Source: a virus
Lineage: Duplodnaviria; Caudoviricetes
Direction: 5' to 3' (one strand)
DNA length: 64,000 bases
Virus record (IMG/VR): IMGVR_UViG_3300021255_000042
Location: 1-64,000 of that record
Below the pieces are notes generated by a model. It searched no databases. It saw only the letters and a program-made list of their open reading frames with translations, and was not told the DNA's origin. Positions 58,353-64,000 of this stretch are shown one piece after another. Every line of letters begins with the position of its first letter. Position 1 is the stretch's first letter. A program made the translations under genes and the position numbers.

Positions 58353-60673
58353 TAAATGAATGAAATTCCGTTACGTTTATTTACCACCAGCTTGTAGGGA
58401 TAGTTCTCGGCGATGTTTCCGTGGCTCACGATCAAACTGGTAATCTGGAGGGAGTTCAAGGATTCGAAGATGTTTGCAAGGCCGGTTTCATCGGTCGCAT
58501 CCAATATCTCATCCAGGATAAGGAGATCAAGCCCCTTACCTTCCGCGCAGCTTACATTGGTGAGTTTGTGCATTGCCAGGATGTTCGCCAGATTTACACG
58601 CGCCTTCTCGCCTTCGGAGAACTTATCGAACGAGCCGCAGTTCACACCGTCACGAAGAAGGGAAATGGAAATCTTGTCACGAACCTTCCCTGATTTAAGA
58701 ATAGTGAAACCGGAGAAGGAAATGCGTATATCAGAGCCAATCTTCTCCAGGAACTCGTTCGTGATATGTGCAAGGGCCTCAATCTTGGAGTTGGCAAGGT
58801 GGGTCTTGAACTCTACAAACGTGGTTTCCTGGGAACGATACTTAGCCAGTTCCTTTTCGACCTTCTCCTTGGCTGTGACGGCCTTTTCGTAGTCCTTCTG
58901 ATACTTAACCTTACTCTGCTTCAAGTTGTCGATTACATCGTTCTCCAGGGCCTTCTCCGCGTCCGCAATGGATTCTTCAAAGGACTGGATGGAACCTTCG
59001 GCATTGGAGATGGCGCGTTCAGCATCCCTCTGGGCGTTTTCAGCCGTATCAGTCTCGCTATCGATGAACTGGAAAGCATCATCGAACATATCCGAGCGCA
59101 GGTCTTCGATGTCACGCTGAACATCGTCAATCTGGTTCTCTATGTCCTGACGGTCGTTCTTATGGCTTGATTCGATACGGATAAGCCGGTCAAGTTCAAG
59201 CTGGGAATCCGACACGCGCTTCGACCAGTCACTCTGCTTGGTGTTAAGAACGGTCTGCTTTTCGCGGGCCTTCTTACCGTCCTCGATGGTATTGTCGATG
59301 TCCTTCTGGGTGGCCTCGATGCGTTCCTCGTTCTCGGACTTGACACCTTCCAGATCGGCGAGGGAATCGCGCACCTGTTCAATATCAATGTCTTCTGAGA
59401 GGGAGAATTCATGGCCGCACTTAGGGCAGGTAATAACACCGGCAAGCTGCTTGTTGAGAGCCGCTATCTGACGGTCGAAATGGATGTTGTCGGAACGATT
59501 CTGGGCGATCTCTGCCTCCATCTTTCGTACCTTTGCGGTAAGCGTGCGAATGGTTTCTTCAACCTCCGGCATTTCCGCATCGTACTCTTCCTTGAAGGCG
59601 TTGAATTCTTTAACCAGGGAATCGTGCTTGGTCTTGGCGGCTTTAACCGCATCGGCGCGTTGCTTGTCCTGGGCGGCCTGCTCTGCCAAATCACGTTCGA
59701 GTTCCTTCAGCTTGTTTTTCAGTGATGCAAGGCGGGTCATATAATCAGAGAACTGAAAGCCGTATTTAGCGAACAGTTCCTTGATGGCCTTATTGTCATC
59801 CTCGATACTGCCAGAGGCATTTTCGATTTCGGTGAGTTTGGTGTACACAGCATCCAGGTCGGCAAGGCGCGTCTCATAGTTGGTGATTGCTTCCTTGCGC
59901 TTACGAATAAGTGCGCGCTTGTCGGCAATGAGCTGGCGAAGATTGGCGATGCGTTCCTCACGAGACTTTGCGCGTTCCTCGTTGGAAGAGACGGCCTTCT
60001 CAATCTGCTCTTCTATGGCCTCAATACGGCCCTGGCAAGTGGAGACATTCTTCTCAGCCTCATATACGCTATCCTGGATGGGTTTCATATCTTCCTGAAG
60101 GGCAGCTATGGATTCGTCCACCAGAATACCGTTTGAGAATCGGTTGATGATTTCCTTCTTGTCCTTGTCGGAGCTGGAAAGGAATGAAGAATACTTGTGC
60201 TTGCAGAGGATATAGTTGGCATAGATGTCGTCCTTGGTGATACCGATAAGGTCAAGAACGTACTTGTTGTAATCGAGAACGGATGCCTGAGATACCGGCT
60301 CCCAGTCAAATTCGCCATCCTCCTTCTGGCCGTTGGAAAGAAGCACAGTAATTGCCTGCGGGTTCTTCCTGGAAATGACACGGCTGATGGTGGCGTATTG
60401 GCCGGTGAAGTCGTTGGAAAGCAGCAGTGAAACGGTGGCCTCATCCGCGTTATCGTTGATGATCTCGTCTATCTTGATGTTGCGGAGAGTTGCACCGGTA
60501 AGACCGACCGCAATGGCTTCAATAAGGGCAGACTTCCCAGACCCGTTCGAGAGCTGAGAATCGTTATCCATATTGTTGCCGAAAATCAGCGTGGCGTGGC
60601 TCTGCTGGATGGCATAGTCAAGCTCCTTAAATGCGCTGAAGTCTTTGGCGTGTATTTGTTGTAATCTCCACAT
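58352..60673 (-). CDS. SbcC/Rad50-like ATPase
   Basis: NGSGKS, coiled coil with CPKC hook, FSEGEK, LILDE. Confidence 0.9.
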   Translation of the reverse strand: MWRLQQIHAKDFSAFKELDYAIQQSHATLIFGNNMDNDSQLSNGSGKSALIEAIAVGLTGATLRNIKIDEIINDNADEATVSLLLSNDFTGQYATISRVISRKNPQAITVLLSNGQKEDGEFDWEPVSQASVLDYNKYVLDLIGITKDDIYANYILCKHKYSSFLSSSDKDKKEIINRFSNGILVDESIAALQEDMKPIQDSVYEAEKNVSTCQGRIEAIEEQIEKAVSSNEERAKSREERIANLRQLIADKRALIRKRKEAITNYETRLADLDAVYTKLTEIENASGSIEDDNKAIKELFAKYGFQFSDYMTRLASLKNKLKELERDLAEQAAQDKQRADAVKAAKTKHDSLVKEFNAFKEEYDAEMPEVEETIRTLTAKVRKMEAEIAQNRSDNIHFDRQIAALNKQLAGVITCPKCGHEFSLSEDIDIEQVRDSLADLEGVKSENEERIEATQKDIDNTIEDGKKAREKQTVLNTKQSDWSKRVSDSQLELDRLIRIESSHKNDRQDIENQIDDVQRDIEDLRSDMFDDAFQFIDSETDTAENAQRDAERAISNAEGSIQSFEESIADAEKALENDVIDNLKQSKVKYQKDYEKAVTAKEKVEKELAKYRSQETTFVEFKTHLANSKIEALAHITNEFLEKIGSDIRISFSGFTILKSGKVRDKISISLLRDGVNCGSFDKFSEGEKARVNLANILAMHKLTNVSCAEGKGLDLLILDEILDATDETGLANIFESLNSLQITSLIVSHGNIAENYPYKLVVNKRNGISFI

Positions 60674-60675
60674 AA

Positions 60676-61722
60676 TCAGTTGATTTTATCAAGATACTGA
60701 AGCCCCATTTCACTGTCGATTTCCTTCTGGGAGCAGAAATTGGTGTACTCGTCCTTGATGCCGGACTTGTCGAACTTCTGGTCGAGGGCGTGTGATTCGA
60801 TTTCAGTCACTTCGGTCTGCTCGGTCACTATCTCAACCTTTGTAGCACCGGCATCGATAAGCTTCTGCTTGTCAACGTTCGGGGCCTCATCGGAATAGCA
60901 GGAGACCTTGACTTTGACCTTGTAACGTTCATCAGATTTAACCTCTTCCAGCTGCTCTATGAAGTTGTTGTCGAGCTTGGTGTAATCCACCTCCATATTC
61001 TTGTAGCGGATATTCACCTGGTTCTTGACAAATTCATAGGAGCCGTCATCGTACAGGACTGTGTAACCCTTTTCCTCGTCCTCGCCGAACGTGTGCTGGC
61101 GCGATGAACCGATGTACTCGATCTTGGTGCCTGGGATGAGCTTGCGGTCATGGTAATGGCCGACAAGAACCGCATCGAAAGCCTTGAAGATTTTCGTAGG
61201 GAGTTCATCTTCGCCCGGCTGGGCGAGGCCACCGCGAATTCCCTGGTGGCAGTAGAGGATATTGATATAGTCGTTGTCGCCTACCTCGTACTCCTTGATG
61301 ATACCTTCCAGTCGCTTTGTGAAAGAGCCGTTCTCTGGGAAGTAACTCATAACATAAAGATTGACCTTCTGGTACTCCAGGACGGTGCATTCATCGGCAA
61401 CAGTAACGCCATCATAACCATCGAAAATGTGGCTGTAGCCAAGAAGTGATTCCTGATCAACCAAATCGTGGTTTCCCTCCGCAATCGTGACGAACACGTC
61501 TGCTTCACGCGCTTTCATAATGGCCTGGCGCACCGCAAGGAGCACATCAAGCGTCTGGGAAGAACGTGACTGCCAAAGGTCGCCTCCAATAACAAGGTCG
61601 TCAATGTCACGTTCCTTGCAGATTGAAAGGGCCTCGTCCCAATTTTTATGGAATTCTGGAATGTTGTCCTTACTGATATGGATGTCGTTCATCAGTAAGG
61701 CGCAGGGGCGTTTCTGATTCAT
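60676..61722 (-). CDS. SbcD/Mre11-like nuclease
   Basis: DIH, GGD, GNHD and GHYH motifs. Confidence 0.9.
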   Translation of the reverse strand: MNQKRPCALLMNDIHISKDNIPEFHKNWDEALSICKERDIDDLVIGGDLWQSRSSQTLDVLLAVRQAIMKAREADVFVTIAEGNHDLVDQESLLGYSHIFDGYDGVTVADECTVLEYQKVNLYVMSYFPENGSFTKRLEGIIKEYEVGDNDYINILYCHQGIRGGLAQPGEDELPTKIFKAFDAVLVGHYHDRKLIPGTKIEYIGSSRQHTFGEDEEKGYTVLYDDGSYEFVKNQVNIRYKNMEVDYTKLDNNFIEQLEEVKSDERYKVKVKVSCYSDEAPNVDKQKLIDAGATKVEIVTEQTEVTEIESHALDQKFDKSGIKDEYTNFCSQKEIDSEMGLQYLDKIN

Positions 61723-61780
61723 AGTAAGAGGTTATAAAGGGGCACACAAACCTAATCGTGTGCCCCACCGTTACACATCA

Positions 61781-63109
61781 TTAACGCCTTCTTGCGGGAC
61801 GACCTGCGCGGCGGCCTGCCGCCGGTTCGTTGGTGTCGTCATTTCTTTCTTCACGGGCCCTACGTGCAGGACGCTCTTCTGGCTCCGGTTCCGGTTCGGG
61901 TTCTTTCTCCTTCTCAGGCTCCGACTTCTCGGCTTCCTTGGCGGGCTTGCCAGCCTTCTCACCGGCCTCTGCTGCCTCGTCCATGATGTCCTGGATGTCG
62001 TTCAGGAGGTCTTGGTTGGTGTCGCGGCGGCTCGGCTTGATGTCAAGGCCGTTGGCCTCGATGAACTCCATGATGGAAGCACGAAGGTCTTGACCTTCCT
62101 CGGACTTGTCGTCCAGACCAGCCTCGGTAATCTGCTCGTATGTGTCCCAGAGCGTATCGAGGGTGGTAGCACCTTCACCAGCCTTGTCGTTGCCGTCACC
62201 ACCGTTCATGGTGAAATGGCTGTTGTCGTCTGAAGGCAGGGAAAGCTTGATCTGGTCGATGCAGTCCTTGATGTCGTCGTCTTCCATAACATCGATGTCA
62301 AACTGCTCTTCGTACTGCTTCAGGAAAGCGATGGTTGCCTCCAGATGGAAGCGGGTGTAGCGATAGATGACCTCCGGCAGACGGGGAGCATCGAATAGGG
62401 CCTGGAGTTCAGCATCGGTAAGGGCGGCATCATCACCACCGAGCATATCGATGTTGAAGGAGTAGCTGGTCTTGTTGTTCTCAGTGGAACGCGTGATTTC
62501 CAGCGGGTAGGCTTCATCGATGGAAGAGATAGGGCAAGGTGCCTTGGGGTCTTTCTTGCGAAGCTTCTCCCACAGAGCGAGCTTGCGTTCCTCCAGTTCC
62601 TTGTACTGGGCGAAGGAGAGTTTGAGAATCTGGAGACCGTCACTGCGCTTGTCGATGTCGAGGACGTACATACAACGCTTCGAATCGTAGCGGAGGCCAC
62701 CGTTGAAGCTTGTGCTGCGAACCTTCTTGATGAGGGCTTCGTCATCGGAGTACTTCTCGCACACCTTGTCAACGAAGAGATCGATAAGGTCGTTCTCCAG
62801 CTTGGGAAAACGCTTCTTGGCATTGCAGACACTCACCATAGTGGTCTTTTCCTTACCCTTGGCATCGGTGCCCTTGATCTTCAAAAGAAGCTCCTTGGTG
62901 TCGTACTCGTAGCCGAGGCGTTCCATCACGGGTTCGCCGTTAGCATCGATAACCGGAGCGAGAGGGAGAATACGAACTGCAACAGTTCCGTCCTGATTGA
63001 ATCTCAGGTACTTGGTAGTTTTCCTCGATTCCTGGGAAAACTTTTTCTTGGCATCCTCTAAGGATTCCTGGTTCTGGAGGAATAGATTCCTCAAATTTTC
63101 TGTACTCAT
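61781..63109 (-). CDS. putative ssDNA-binding protein (T4 gp32-like)
   Basis: GTVAVRILP resembles the gp32 N-terminus; acidic flexible C-terminus; replication context. Confidence 0.55.
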   Translation of the reverse strand: MSTENLRNLFLQNQESLEDAKKKFSQESRKTTKYLRFNQDGTVAVRILPLAPVIDANGEPVMERLGYEYDTKELLLKIKGTDAKGKEKTTMVSVCNAKKRFPKLENDLIDLFVDKVCEKYSDDEALIKKVRSTSFNGGLRYDSKRCMYVLDIDKRSDGLQILKLSFAQYKELEERKLALWEKLRKKDPKAPCPISSIDEAYPLEITRSTENNKTSYSFNIDMLGGDDAALTDAELQALFDAPRLPEVIYRYTRFHLEATIAFLKQYEEQFDIDVMEDDDIKDCIDQIKLSLPSDDNSHFTMNGGDGNDKAGEGATTLDTLWDTYEQITEAGLDDKSEEGQDLRASIMEFIEANGLDIKPSRRDTNQDLLNDIQDIMDEAAEAGEKAGKPAKEAEKSEPEKEKEPEPEPEPEERPARRAREERNDDTNEPAAGRRAGRPARRR

Positions 63110-63123
63110 TGAGCGTAATGATG

Positions 63124-63594
63124 TTATTTGTTACGGAAGTGAAGTTTCCACATCTCAGCCTGCGCATCAGCATAATATCCTTGGGCCTCTTTGGAAGAGA
63201 GTTCTTCCCTGGACGGTATTTTGATGCCCCACTGGGAGGCGGCGTGATGAATGATCATTCCAATAACATCATCCATCTCAATTGACTTTTCATTTTTCAG
63301 GTCGAAGTATTCGTACTTCTCCCCGTTGATATAGGCGGTATGAATCGGGGCGTAAACCTCTTCAAAGTACCTATATAAAGATTCTACGCTTGGGTGATCC
63401 GGGAGTTGGTCTGAGATCAGCTTCAAGACCGTTCCAAACAAGTATTTCAATTGAGGTAGAGGGCGATTCCTTGTATCATCGTACAAATAGAAGAGAAAAG
63501 TACCTTCTTTTGGCAGATGTGCCACCGAATCTAATAGCTCTCTGGTGTCAGCGTTACCATTGTGGACTTCGATAACGCCTTGTTTCTTCATCAT
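63124..63594 (-). CDS. NinB/YbcN-like protein
   Basis: RPLPQLKYLFG...EMDDVI..AASQWGIKIP pattern. Confidence 0.45.
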   Translation of the reverse strand: MMKKQGVIEVHNGNADTRELLDSVAHLPKEGTFLFYLYDDTRNRPLPQLKYLFGTVLKLISDQLPDHPSVESLYRYFEEVYAPIHTAYINGEKYEYFDLKNEKSIEMDDVIGMIIHHAASQWGIKIPSREELSSKEAQGYYADAQAEMWKLHFRNK

Positions 63595-63630
63595 TTCTTC
63601 ATAAGGCGATTATATTTAATTGTTCGAATG

Positions 63631-63638
63631 CAAAGTTA
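63631..63638 (-). promoter_or_regulatory. Bacteroidetes -7 promoter element for the replication operon
   Basis: TAACTTTG on the - strand upstream of 63594. Confidence 0.55.
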
Positions 63639-64000
63639 ATGAAAGTATTTTTGAAATATGCAATGAAAATTGAAAATTTCTTGATTATTTTTCAAACCTT
63701 TTTCAAGCTATATTGATTATCAATGATTTACAAATTCACTGCACATATCAAAAAATGTTCTTTTGCCATTAACGCCAAAACTCGCTGGTAATGTCAATTT
63801 TCTCGTACTTGCCCTTCCCGTGCCGCCGGATTTCATAGAGCCGCTGGTTGGTCGTAGGCTTATTCAGAGGTCCTAATTCCTTGACATACGGGCCGACTTT
63901 GATGTAATCAAAAACCCAGTAGCAACGCTTGTCAACCTCGGTCTTACCACTATACAAAGCAACGGCCCGATGATTACCGGCATATACAGCCAGATCAAGC

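Noticed and set aside
61870-61925. Short tandem repeat on the + strand (TCCGGT-like)
   Set aside because: Encodes an EPEPEPE linker in the SSB-like protein; a protein-level low-complexity tract.
1-64000. Stop-codon reassignment, as in some Bacteroidetes phages
   Set aside because: Core genes are full length in the standard code, TAA, TAG and TGA all terminate genes, and the tRNA-Gln anticodon is TTG, not a suppressor.

Overview
This window looks like 64 kb of a large, probably temperate phage of a Bacteroidales-type host (TAnnTTTG promoters, standard genetic code). Left to right: (1) 1-7 kb, a putative replication initiator carrying palindromic iterons inside its own gene, plus ParB-like and Tad2/DUF2829-like genes. 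(2) 7.5-10.4 kb, a palindrome-rich largely non-coding region around a gene saturated with perfect short-loop hairpins. (3) 10.9-40 kb, a long + strand accessory region of small, often acidic genes, including a DGR-type target gene, RNase H and two tRNAs. (4) 40-42 kb, a candidate attP and a tyrosine integrase. (5) 42-64 kb, - strand packaging, lysis and replication genes: TerL/TerS, amidase, holin, DnaQ, a DnaE split in two around a Pif1-like helicase, primase, DnaB, ECF sigma, RuvC, SbcCD and SSB. The standout is a stand-alone reverse transcriptase (24691-25956, YSDD) followed by two non-coding arrays (5 + 7 units of about 155-190 nt) that enclose two partner genes. The units differ in sequence but share one fold (outer stem enclosing a long inner hairpin) and an exactly spaced ATC-N7-TA[C/G/T]AG motif. 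This is a candidate array-associated, multi-ncRNA, retron-like RT system. All family assignments are by eye from motifs; no searches or folding programs were run.
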